Assembly: GCF_006345805.1 (NCBI RefSeq)
Contig: NW_021835594.1
Location: 1 to 25,761, forward strand
Direction: 5' to 3'
Source of the DNA: Octopus sinensis
Lineage: Eukaryota
Length of the DNA: 25,761 nt
Part shown: piece after piece, positions 11,240 to 21,418 of the stretch
How positions within the stretch are numbered: position 1 is the first letter of the stretch
Layout of the letters: every line of letters starts with the position of its first letter
Position numbers and translations under genes: made by a program
The notes under the pieces: model-generated
Told to the model about the DNA's origin: nothing
Seen by the model: the letters and a program-made list of their open reading frames with translations, nothing else
Databases searched by the model: none

Positions 11240-11620
11240 TGTGGGTGTGTTTGTGGAGTTGTTAGCTAACTACTCCGATATCGTTTTATCGATTTTGATG
11301 AAACTTGACATGTGAGTAGAACTCATGTCTAGAAACCTCATGGCATACTCAGATTGTTGAAAAAGTAGCGATAATAGTGCCCCTGGAAGGGATTCTCATA
11401 TATATCTAATAAATTTTATTTTAAAAACCAAGGGAAATAACCCATTTATTTTCCTAAATTATGCTTATTTCTTAGTATTTGAACTGTTAGTGTTATTTTC
11501 GCAATTTATCCAGTCCAACCCTTAAACAAGTAAATAGTATTTTCCTAAACAATAGATCTACTTATTTTCGGTTAGTGACTTATTCACGAATATAGCAACA
11601 CTAGCGCCCCTGATGGAACG
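11240..11620 (+). mobile_element. Possible non-autonomous Helitron/HINE-like relic
   Basis: gtgtgtttgt..ctaactactcc..tatcgattttgatgaaacttgacatg resembles the recurrent CCGATTTTGATGAAA(C/T)TTG block of DINE-1/HINE-like elements (recalled). A short hairpin gacatgtgagt/actcatgtc and the motif tag(t/c)gcccctg at 11375 and 11602 are present. Boundaries uncertain. Confidence 0.4.
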
Positions 11621-12249
11621 CACAAAACCCCTTTACATGGTTATTTACTTTGAATTGTTATTATCTCATATCTGATTAGCATATGATTATGTAACATGCT
11701 TCACGATTTTAGTATACATACCTTATTAATATTAATAAATAGTATACATACCTTATTAATAAACCTGTGAAATAATTTAGCGATTTTAGCTAGAAAGAAC
11801 GAAAAAGTTGCTTCTGTATTTTTTTCCTTGAGACGGACAAAGTAAATGAGAAAAAGTATCAAGAACAATAACAACAGCAAGAATAATGACGACGACGATG
11901 TGGAGAGAATAAGCTCTTACGACAAGACCAGGAATGATAGATAAAATTACACACGCTGTCAGACATACACAAGCAAACGCAAATACGCACTTGGACTTGC
12001 ACGCGCACATACACCCCCAACTATTGTTCAATCTTGTTTATATTTTAACAGTACTGTTTAGTATGACGTGTCAAAATTGTTCGTTATATTTCTGTAACAT
12101 GGTTATTAGTCACACAACTCCATTGAATTTTATGCGTTATTGACCAGGTCATATACTATTGCGCGTTCTCAAATTATTTACTACCGACCAAACTCCTCCC
12201 ACTACCTTGTACCAATGTTAGCAATCAATATTTGATATTATAAGTATAT

Positions 12250-12882
12250 TCGGGGCCAGTGCCACCTGACTGGCACCCGTGCCGGTGACACGTAAAAAGC
12301 ACCATCGTAGCCGATGCCAGTGTCGCCCGACTGGCACCCGTACCGGTGGCACGTAGAATGCACCATTTAAGCGTAGCCGAATCCAGTGCCGCCCGATTGG
12401 CACCCATGCCAGTGGAACTTAAAAAGGCATAATTCGAGCGTGGCGATGACAGTGCCGCCCGACTAGCACCCGTGCCGGTGGCACATAAAATACACCATTG
12501 GAGTGTGACCGGTGCCAGTGCCACCCGACTGGCACCCGTGCCAGTGAAACTTAAAAAGCACCATTCGAGCGTGGCCGATGCCAGTGTCGCCCCATTGGCA
12601 TGCGTGCCGTTCGCGCCTAAAAAGCACCGTTTGTGCGTGGTTGATGCCAGTGCCACCTGTCCAACCCCCGTGTCGAAGGCAAGTAAAAATCACCCACTAC
12701 ACTCTCGGAGTGGTTGGCATAAGGAAGGGCATCCAGCTGTAGAAAGCTTGTCAAATCAGATTGAAGCTTTGGTGCAGCCTCCTGGCTTGCCAGTCCTCAG
12801 GCAAACCGTTCAACGCATGCCAGCATGGAAAGCGGACGTTAAACAACGACGACGATGATGGTGGTGATAATGATGATGATTC
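12250..12882 (+). mobile_element. 5'-truncated V/Ceph-like SINE with (GAT)n tail
   Basis: After the minisatellite: cacccactacactctcggagtggttggcataAGGAAGGGCATCCAGCTGTAGAAA..ccagcatggaaagcggacgttaaac and a GAT-rich tail. The GGAAGGGCATCC block resembles the V/Ceph-type SINE domain (recalled). Confidence 0.7.
12255..12700 (+). repeat. 66-bp minisatellite, ~7 units, inside a SINE
   Basis: Units start at 12255, 12316, 12382, 12448, 12514, 12580 and 12646. Consensus gccagtgccgcccgactggcacccgtgccggtggcacgtaaaaagcaccattcgagcgtggccgat. Confidence 0.95.
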
Positions 12883-12928
12883 GGTGTGACTTGTTTCATT
12901 TACTCTTACAACATCATTTCTTTCCTCT

Positions 12929-13150
12929 TTTATATTGGTTTCAAATTTTGGCACAAGGCCAGCAAGTTCATAGGAAATGGGATTAAGTCGATTACATCAA
13001 CCCCAGTGCTAAACAGGAACTTAATTTATCGACCGCGAAAGTATGAAAGGCAAAGACGACCTCGGTGGAATTTGAACCCAGGACATCAAGACGGACGAAA
13101 TACCGCGAAAACTTTTGCCCAGCATGCTATGATTCTGCCAGTTCGCCGTC
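12929..13150 (-). mobile_element. Full-length tRNA-derived SINE with Meta-like central domain and 12-bp TSD
   Basis: Minus strand reads gacggcgaacTGGCAGAATcatagc..GGGTTCAAATTCC accgaggtcgtctttgCCTTTCATACTTTCGCGGTCGATAAATTAAGT..ggccttgtgccaaaatttgaaacc. Exact direct repeat TTTCTTTCCTCT at 12917-12928 and 13151-13162. Confidence 0.9.
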
Positions 13151-13179
13151 TTTCTTTCCTCTCTAATGTAAAATCTTAT

Positions 13180-13437
13180 TTTACATTATTTACATTATTT
13201 ACATAACGGTTCGGCTGATATACCCTCCAGCCTTCATCAGGTGTCTTGGGAAATTTCGAACCTGGGATGTCATTCCTAAGGTATTTTTCAATGTTATTAT
13301 TATTATTATTATTATTATTATCATTATTATTATTATTATTATTATTATTTATGCCATTATTATTCAGGTCACTGCCTCGAATCGAACTCTGAATCTTGGG
13401 GTTAGTAGCCCGCGCTCTTAACCACTATGCCATATGA
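13180..13437 (-). mobile_element. tRNA-headed SINE with internal (AAT)n and a hammerhead-like 3' region
   Basis: Minus strand has TGGCATAGTGGTTAA (A box), an anticodon-like loop CTACTAA and GAGTTCGATTC (B box, 13379-13389). These are followed by (AAT)n, then gacac-CTGATGA-A-GGCTG-gagggtatat-CAGCC-GAAC-cgtt, ending in (TGTAAATAA)n. Confidence 0.8.
13200..13245 (-). ncRNA. Degenerate type I hammerhead-ribozyme-like motif
   Basis: CUGAUGA (13240-13234), perfect 5-bp stem II GGCUG/CAGCC, then GAAC (canonical GAAA). One core substitution and a weakened stem I suggest this copy is inactive. Confidence 0.45.
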
Positions 13438-13802
13438 GCTGAAATCATAGTTTGTCTTTCTTCGTAAATAAATCACCAGTTCGCTACTAGATGCAATCCT
13501 TATTTTCACTTCCTTCTTTCCGTCTTTCTCCCTCTCCTTGCTGCCTCCCTTCTTTCTCCTTCTCTCTGGAAGAAATCCACAAATATCAAATGCCATGTGG
13601 TTGAAGCTATATTACGTTTTAAATGCATCAAATATGACGTACATCGCGAAGTCATACCAACAGCTTCTCAGAGAAGTGATGGCACAGTGCAAATAAACTT
13701 TATGATGCAATCTCTCTCTCTCTCCCTCTCTCGCCCTCGCAATTTATCTCCCTATCTATCTACCACTATTTTTGTTGTTGTGCATCTTTCCTCCTCCTCT
13801 TC

Positions 13803-13897
13803 CTTCTTCTTCTTCTTCTTCTTCTTCTTCTTCTTCTTCTTCTTCTTCTTCTTCTTCTTCTTCTTCTTCTTCTTCTTCTTCTTCTTCTTCTTCTTCT
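13803..13897 (+). repeat. Uninterrupted (CTT)~31
   Basis: Directly visible. Confidence 0.95.
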
Positions 13898-14183
13898 ACT
13901 TCCTCTCCTCCTCGTCACCCTCCTTCTTTTAGTCATTTTAAGGCATTTCTCCTTTTGCCCTTCCCTCTCGTATTCTTTCGTCTCTCCAATTCCTCTATAT
14001 CTTGCTGTCTATGCGTTTCTAAATAAAGCCTTCTCGTTCATTAACAAGAATTACGCGGCTTCAGTCACTTTCTACTTCCCACCTCTCTCACTCTATTTCT
14101 CTGTTGCTTCGTTCTCTCTCTCTCTCTCTCTCACTCTGTATTTGTCTGCCTGTTGGCCTATTTGTCTGTGTTCCCCCTTTCCC

Positions 14184-14330
<147 letters not shown>

Positions 14331-14338
14331 ATGCATTT

Positions 14339-14450
14339 AAGAGCGTAGGCTCGAAACGTTCAAGACTTTTTCACTTCCCGAGCGTTATACTAATACATCT
14401 GTTTGTTGTCTACACCACCTGTCTTCCTTTGTTTTTTGTGAATTCTCCCT
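14339..14450 (+). mobile_element. Short repeat related to 962-1097, embedded between (TA)n tracts
   Basis: AAGAGC-GTAG-GCTC-GAAAC-GTTC..cccgagcgttatactaatac; shares blocks with the reverse complement of 962-1097. Confidence 0.55.
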
Positions 14451-14765
14451 ATATATATATATACACACACATATGCATATATATATACGTATATATAAAT
14501 AGATACATACATATACATACACAGACACACATATACACTCACTCACACACATACACTCACACATATATATATGAACACACATACAGGCACTTACCTTTCG
14601 CTTTATCACACACAGCTCTCTTACTGCTTAGAGGTTATTTTTAGTTTTTCTCTATTTTTTCCTTTATTTTTCAGTATTTTTCCTCCCCACCACCCACATC
14701 TACATTTTAATTCTAGTTTTACTTTCATCTTCAACTAACACTCACAACAGATACACCATACTAAC

Positions 14766-14806
<41 letters not shown>

Positions 14807-15730
14807 TCTGTCTCACTTTCTCTCACCCCTTTTCGCTGTCAATTTTTTTTCTCTATATATCTCTCTTTCAATCTCCTTCATAACACATTTACCTATTTTC
14901 TTTCGTTCGTTTTTATTTTTCGTTCGTTTTACTGCTGTTTTTGCTGTCGTCTCTTTTTTTCTTCACCTTTTCCAATATTCAGATTATACAAATCAGCCAT
15001 ATTTGTTTGATGGTTCTCGATTGCCAAACTTAAGATATCTTTCTCTCTTCACAATCAAAAGCCTCTCAAACTTCAGGACATTGTTGTTTTGCTTTATATT
15101 TTTATCCTTTATTTTCCATTATTTATTTTTTTTATTTAATTTAGCCATTGTCCGTCAAGGATTAAGATTGACTGATGATAAAGGAGTTTACCTGTTATTA
15201 TGTCTTTTATTTCTTAACAATTTCGACTAAAACAAACCAAAAAATTACGAGAGGGAATCGTATTTTCAATCTAGAAATAGAATAACATGTTAAGAAAAGA
15301 ATATAATACAAAAAATAGCCCAGAAACTAGTAAAGTAGAAATGAAAATCATCAACCAATAAAAAAAAACTGTACTAAGCTAAGTCGCATTGATGAAGTGA
15401 CATCTTTACTGAAAAAATATTTAACAAAATCCATCATGGCGTCAAGGATTTCTTTCGAGAACATTGAACGTCTCCGGGAAAATCCTTTCTCTTCAAATAT
15501 TCTTTAATTGTTACTATCAAATCAACATGAAATATTCCATTACATTTTTTTATAATTTAACATTTTTGTTTTTTATTTCATTTGCTTTGTTTTTTTTTCT
15601 TGTGTTTGCATTTTTTTTTAGTTTATTTTACTATCTGATGACCTTATCTGCAGACACATGTGGCTTTAAGCTTCATCATTGGCAGATAAAAGAACAATAA
15701 ATAGATAAATAAAATAAAAAGGTGGGGGAA

Positions 15731-15739
15731 ATAATAATA

Positions 15740-15824
<85 letters not shown>

Positions 15825-15880
15825 TAATAATAATAATAATAATAATAATATTGACGACGACGACGATGATGATGATGATA
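15731..15880 (+). repeat. (AAT)n(GAT)n(AAT)n(GAC/GAT)n array
   Basis: Directly visible. Confidence 0.95.
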
Positions 15881-15959
15881 ACATCAATAATTGTTACAAC
15901 AGCGAAGATGATGATAATGTAGAGGAAGGGGATAATTTTTCTATTGGCTACAAGGGTCT

Positions 15960-16100
15960 GATAATAATCTTTTCTACTCTAGGCACAAGGCCCAAAATTT
16001 TGGGGGAAGGGGCCTGTCGATTAGATCGACCCCAGTATGAAACTGGTACTTAATTTATCGACCCCGAAAGGATGAAAGGATAAGTCGACCCCGGCGGAAA
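15960..16100 (-). mobile_element. 5'-truncated Meta-like SINE
   Basis: aggcacaaggccc..gtcgattagatcgaccccagt..tggtacttaatttatcgaccccgaaaggatgaaagg..gtcgacc aligns by eye with 12950-13070. Confidence 0.85.
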
Positions 16101-16153
16101 GGGGTTTGATAATAATAAAATAATAATGATATTAATGATAAGAAGAACAATAG

Positions 16154-16350
16154 GGGAATATAAAGGAAACTGGAATAGAGTGCACATTAAAATTGTTACA
16201 AAAGGTTTGCCTCCTTGGCACGGCCAGAATAATCAGGAAAGTATTAGATAGACAAAAAGAACAAATAACATGGTACCGTAAGCTACAGGTAGTAAGTCTG
16301 TTACCCATGCAAGACTCCAACAGCTCCAACAAAACCTGAGATAAAGAGAT
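16154..16350 (+). mobile_element. 3' end of an R4/Dong-like non-LTR retrotransposon (subfamily A)
   Basis: Frame from 16157 gives NIKETGIECTLKLLQKVCLLGTARIIRKVLD; the LQK..LLGTA.I.R.VL motif is the C-terminus of R4/Dong-clade ORFs. Ends in (GAT)(AAT)n. Confidence 0.75.
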
Positions 16351-16354
16351 GATG

Positions 16355-16390
<36 letters not shown>

Positions 16391-16476
16391 TAATAATAAT
16401 AATAATAAAATAATAATAATAATAATAATATAAAATAATAATAATAATAATAATAATGATAATAATAATAGTAATA

Positions 16477-16507
<31 letters not shown>
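16350..16507 (+). repeat. Interrupted (AAT)n array
   Basis: Directly visible. Confidence 0.95.
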
Positions 16508-16508
<1 letters not shown>

Positions 16509-16511
<3 letters not shown>

Positions 16512-16803
16512 GACCTGGAAATAGAGGTAACTAGAATGTGGAATCTGAAAACAGAAACAATCCTATCATAGTAGGTGCATAGCATGATAAAAAAATATTC
16601 AGACAAATACATAACAAAAACACCAGGACTTACAAACACATATAACATACAGAAAATTGCACTACTAGGCACTGCACACATCCTACGCAGAACACTTTCC
16701 ATACAATAACCATCAGAGCATCACAACAAATCACAGCACATACCCAAGGCACACAGAGCTGCGCTCGGTAGTGAAGTGAAAGCACGCTATAAAAATAAAA
16801 CTA

Positions 16804-16848
<45 letters not shown>

Positions 16849-16852
16849 TATA
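16509..16852 (+). mobile_element. 3' end of an R4/Dong-like non-LTR retrotransposon (subfamily B), frameshifted
   Basis: With small frameshifts repaired: KDLEIEVTRMWNLKTETIPIIVGA.MIKKYSDKYITKTPGLTNTYNIQKIALLGTAHILRRTLSIQ* (stop 16707-16709). This matches the restriction-like-endonuclease C-terminal region. A ~100-nt 3' UTR and (TAA)n tail follow. Confidence 0.85.
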
Positions 16853-16862
16853 ATCGTTTCTT

Positions 16863-16975
16863 AAACACTAACATGAACTTCCAACTTGTTGTCTCTTGAG
16901 GTCTCTGGGTGAGACTTGGAGCCAACTTGTAGAAATGTAAAGCAAAAGTCAAACATAAGATAATAATAATGATGT
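16863..16975 (+). mobile_element. Probable third LINE 3' UTR tip ending in (TAA)n
   Basis: A unique segment (cttgaggtctctgggtgagacttggagcc..agtcaaacataaga) sits between (TAA)n tracts, with the same architecture as the two upstream fragments. No coding part is left to confirm it. Confidence 0.45.
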
Positions 16976-17451
16976 TGATGATGATAAGAAGAAAAAGAAG
17001 AAGAGGAAGAGGAAGAAGTAGAAGAAGAAGAAGAAAAATAATAACAACAACATCAACGAAAGCAACAAAAATAATTATAGGTAAATAGGTGAATGAATAA
17101 ATAAAATAAAACAAATTGTAACAAATATAAAACAAATCGTAAAAAAAGACATAAACGAAGTCAACATACAAATAAACCGCGATTCCGCCATTATTTGTGT
17201 TTCTTGTTTTGTTATTCATTTCCCTCCCCCAACCTCCCCCGCATTATCTTTCGTCTAATGCTTTTTAAAATAAATCAATTGACCTGCTTAGGCCAATCAC
17301 TAGAAGTTCAATAGATGACTTAGTCAAGAACTGTCACAATGAATTACTACTTAACACTTGAGCACTTTTCTGTTGAATCTTTTCATAGACGTTATTTAGG
17401 TTTTAAACTAGTTTTGTTGGGGAGGAGGGGGTTTCCTAAAATTTCCATAAG

Positions 17452-17644
17452 ATGCGCAGGCGTATCTGTGTGTTAAGAAGCTTGTTTTCCAACAACGTGG
17501 TTCTGAATTCAGTCCTACTGCTTGAGAACTTGGACAAGTGTCTTCTACAATAGCCTCGCGTTGACCAAAGCCTCATGCGCGGATTTCGTAAAACGAAACT
17601 GAAAGAAGCTCGTCGTATAACCATGTGTGTGTATTTTTGTGTGT
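17452..17644 (+). mobile_element. Diverged CORE-type SINE, 5' half
   Basis: gcgcaggcgtatctgtgtgttaagaagcttg..aattcagtcctactg..acttggacaagtgtcttctacaatagcctcg..gaaactgaaagaagctcgtcgtata is collinear with 19185-19350. Confidence 0.85.
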
Positions 17645-18040
17645 GGGGGGATTAATTAGCGTATCAAGGAATTGCCTTCGGATCCAGGGCGGAGGAGGCC
17701 ACTCAGGTCTTTAACTGTTCATTTAAGAGAAAATAGCTCCTTATATGTCCTTATCCTGATAAATACTGGGATCATGGTACTTGTTGACCAGACCAATTCA
17801 AAATTGAAGGTTAATATGAAGAGTATTTCACAATCAATCCATTCACCTGCTCCTATGTATACACACATTGACATCCAATGAGACACACACATAAACACAC
17901 ATGCACTACCAGCCAAAAAACACACACACTCACATATATGTGTATGTATATAAGCATGTAGTGCATAATGTATATGTGAGTGTGTATATATATATGTGTG
18001 TGTATGTGTATATATATGTATGTATGCAATGCATATATAT

Positions 18041-18076
<36 letters not shown>

Positions 18077-18360
18077 CTCACACACACACATATATACATA
18101 CGTGTGGAAATATTATGTATATGTGTGTATGCGCGTATATAGCTCTCATTTTAAGCAATTACAGGTGCTATTTTGCATCCTCATTTATTAATTTTACCTT
18201 CTTGGTTTAATTGCTAGGGCCACCTCTATTAGAATTCATTTGATATATCGTAATATCTTAATATATCATTATAATATCTTATTTTATTTATACATGTATA
18301 CATACATACATACATACATACATGCATACATACATACATACATACATATATATATATATA

Positions 18361-18718
18361 TACTCTTTTACTCTTTTACTCTTTTAGTTGTTTCAGTCAT
18401 TTGACTGCGGCCATGCTGGAGCACCACCTTTAGTACTTATTCTATCGGTCTCTTTTTGCCGAACCGCTAGTAACGGGGACATAAACACACCAGCATCGTT
18501 GTCAAGCAATGCTAGGGGGACAAACCAGACACACACATATACATATATATACATATATACGACAGGCTTCTTTCAGTTTCCATCTACCAAATCCACTCAC
18601 AAGGCATTGGTCGACCCGGGGCTATAGCAGAAGACACTTGCCCAAGATGCCACGCAGTGGGACTGAACCCGCAACCGTGTGGTTGGTTAGCAAGCTACTT
18701 ACCACACAGCCACTCCTG
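18361..18718 (-). mobile_element. Full-length CORE-type SINE with ~40-bp internal deletion and (AAAAGAGT)n tail
   Basis: Reverse complement aligns with 19185-19597 but lacks the tcgagcaactcgaccccgggacttattctttgtaagccc segment. Confidence 0.92.
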
Positions 18719-18732
18719 TATATATATATATA

Positions 18733-18806
18733 TGATTTTTGATTTTGATTTTGATTTGATTTTTCCAGTTTCAGCTAATGAGCTGTGGCCATGCTGGGGC
18801 ACCGCC
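18733..18806 (-). mobile_element. SINE 3'-tail fragment with (AAATC)n-type tail
   Basis: Minus strand ggcggtgccccagcatggccacagctcattagctgaaactggaaaa is a variant of the tail at 19537-19580. Confidence 0.75.
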
Positions 18807-18940
18807 ATTTGGTTTGCTACACGGTTTTACCTCACGGATGCTTTTTAGCAAACGCCATCTGATGCATGAGAGAGTTATATATATATATTCATGGACACAA
18901 CAAATACGTATCTCTCTGTGTTTCTGTATAAAAATATGTG

Positions 18941-18941
<1 letters not shown>

Positions 18942-19035
<94 letters not shown>

Positions 19036-19140
19036 GTCTGTCTGTCTGTCTGTTTGTTTGTTTGTCTATCTATTTATGTCTATACATACACACATGCGCA
19101 CACGCAAACACACACACACACATATATGTACATAAAAGCA

Positions 19141-19172
<32 letters not shown>

Positions 19173-19184
19173 TATATATATATA
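18942..19184 (+). repeat. (TCTA)n(TCTG)n(TTTG)n, (CA)n and (TA)n arrays
   Basis: Directly visible. Confidence 0.9.
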
Positions 19185-19597
19185 GGCGCAGGAGTGGCTG
19201 TGTGGTAAGTAGCTTGTTTACCAACCACATGGTTCCGGGTTCAGTCCCACTGTGTGGCACCTTGGGCAAGTGTCTTGTACTATAGCCTCGGGCCGACCAA
19301 AGCCTTATGAGTGGATTTGGTAGACGGAAACTGAAAGAAGTCCGTCGTATATATGTATATATATATATATGTATGTGTGTGTGTTTTTGTGTCTGTGTTT
19401 GTCCACCTAGCATTGCTTGACAACCGATGCTGGTGTGTTTATGTCCCCGTCACTTAGCGGATCGGCAAAAAGAGACCGATAGAATAAGTACTGGGCTTAC
19501 AAAGAATAAGTCCCGGGGTCGAGTTGCTCGATTAAAGGTGGTGCTCCAGCATGGCCGCAGTCAAATGACTGAAACAAGTAAAAGAGAGTAAAGAGAG
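19185..19597 (+). mobile_element. Full-length CORE-type tRNA SINE (octopus OR-like)
   Basis: ggcgcaggagTGGCTGTGTGGtaag (A box), GGGTTCAGTCCC (B box), CORE-like gtggcaccTTGGGCAAGTgtct, internal (TA)(TG) linker, 3' module ending ccagcatggccgCAGTCaaatGACTGaaacaagtaaaagag. Confidence 0.95.
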
Positions 19598-20224
19598 GTT
19601 GGCCGTAGCGGCAGTGCTGTCTTCATGATATAATGGCAGAAAAACGATAGCTAAATGAAGTGTAAGGCCTGGAGGTGATTTAAGAAAAATACGTATTGCT
19701 GGGAAAATAAAAGAGCGAAGGGAGGCCTTAATATACAAGGAGAGGGTTACAATGTATTCTTCCCACATCTCTCTGTCTGTCTCTATACATATATATATAT
19801 ATATATATTCTTAGACAAAGAGGTAAAGCGAGAGACATGTAGACTAAACACAAGCATATCACAATATTATTATATGTAAACACAATGGCATTCAGCGTTC
19901 ACTCTCTGTTTATTGGAGAACAAGAAGGAGAGAGAAAACCAACATATATGTAGTTTTATAAGTATGCATGTCAACAGCGTTTAAGATGCAATTACTGTGG
20001 CGTTTTACAATCGTTATTGATTTCTATATATTAAGATAATGCTCGAGTCAAGAGCGGACAGATTACATACCGTCAAGATCGATCGATTTCTTCTTTGTTT
20101 TGAGTGCAAATCCCATCTGGTTCCAAATTTTTGACATGCATTTTTCTTCTGTCGATATAATGAATTAGCTGTAATATAGTGGAACTGACATAATTGTGTA
20201 AATATATATTCTTGTATACTTTTA

Positions 20225-20247
20225 GTCTGTTGTCTATCTGTCTGTCG

Positions 20248-20288
<41 letters not shown>

Positions 20289-20313
20289 TCTATCATCTAT
20301 CTATCTATCTAAG

Positions 20314-20387
<74 letters not shown>

Positions 20388-20854
20388 CCTATCTAGCTCT
20401 CTCTATATATATGGCATTCAGTTTGTATGCCTGCCTGCTTGTCTATCTGTCTGTCTGTCTCTCTATCTGTCTATCGGTATAGTTGTCAATCTCTTTGCCT
20501 GCCTGACTGTCTGTTTGCCTACCTGCCAGTCAGTCAGTCTGTCTGTCTGCATATCTGTTTGCTTGTATCCATATATATTGCATGCCTGTCTGTCTATCAA
20601 TCTAATTAATGTATGTATGTATGTTTGTATGTATGTTTGTATGTATGTATGTATGTATGTGTGTGTATGTATATATATATGCATGTATAATATATACGTA
20701 TGTTTTTGTATCTGTATATGTCTATGTGTATGTATGTGTGTTTGCAAGTAGCATACGCAAAATATGTATAAGACCACCTGCGGGATTCATATACTACTGT
20801 TTCTATAAGCTCTATAGCTACACAAGTATCACACACACACACACACACACACAC

Positions 20855-20903
<49 letters not shown>

Positions 20904-20916
20904 ACACACACACACA
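20225..20916 (+). repeat. (TCTG/TCTA)n, (TGTA)n and (CA)n arrays
   Basis: Directly visible. Confidence 0.9.
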
Positions 20917-21182
20917 ATTTAATTATATTTTGATCAGAAAAAAGACGAGTTAAATTCCGTAGGCTGTATCCATGGAACCGCACAGGATGCTAGATATTGG
21001 ACAAATATAACCGTACATAACGGCCTTTCGGTCTCTCCCTACAGATTTTCTGTAGGGTTTATTCCTTAAGCCACTCATTTTTTTGGGGGGAAAACCCGCC
21101 ATAAACTATTCCACAAGGAAATGAAGATTTTCATTATTATAAACGACATAAAGGCAACGAGCTGGTAGTAATATATGTATGT

Positions 21183-21278
<96 letters not shown>

Positions 21279-21418
21279 TAGTTGAATGAATTATCTTATG
21301 GATAATTCGGTTAACCGATACCTGGGTAGCAAATTCACGTCAGAAAAACACGGTTGAAGCTACATGCCAAGAGCAGAGATCACGTGCTTTCGTGTGAAAT
21401 TTGTGTGTTTTTTAATAC

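Noticed and set aside
11375-11616. CTCF-like motifs TAG(T/C)GCCCCTG
   Set aside because: Both copies are one C short of the CTCF core; they are more simply an internal motif of the putative Helitron-like relic.
11710-11763. 30-bp-period tandem duplication (tagtatacataccttattaat x2)
   Set aside because: Real, but an ordinary slippage duplication in AT-rich DNA.
12255-12700. CRISPR-like appearance (palindromic repeats at regular spacing)
   Set aside because: The whole unit is repeated with no unique spacers, the context is eukaryotic and there are no cas genes.
12225-12858. 143-aa, 128-aa and 76-aa ORFs with a 22-aa periodicity
   Set aside because: By-product of the 66-bp (3x22) minisatellite inside a SINE.
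13370-13437. tRNA gene (also SINE heads at 5220-5286, 7884-7945, 13070-13150, 19185-19250)
   Set aside because: A/B boxes are present, but there is no intact acceptor stem and each continues into a SINE body.
13595-13696. 33-aa ORF MWLKLYYVLNASNMTYIAKSYQQLLREVMAQCK
   Set aside because: No recognisable homology or supporting signals; ORFs of this length are expected by chance.
19600-19770. Possible RTE-like LINE C-terminal relic (DLRKIRIAG..RREALI)
   Set aside because: Similarity is too weak and interrupted by stops to call without a profile search.
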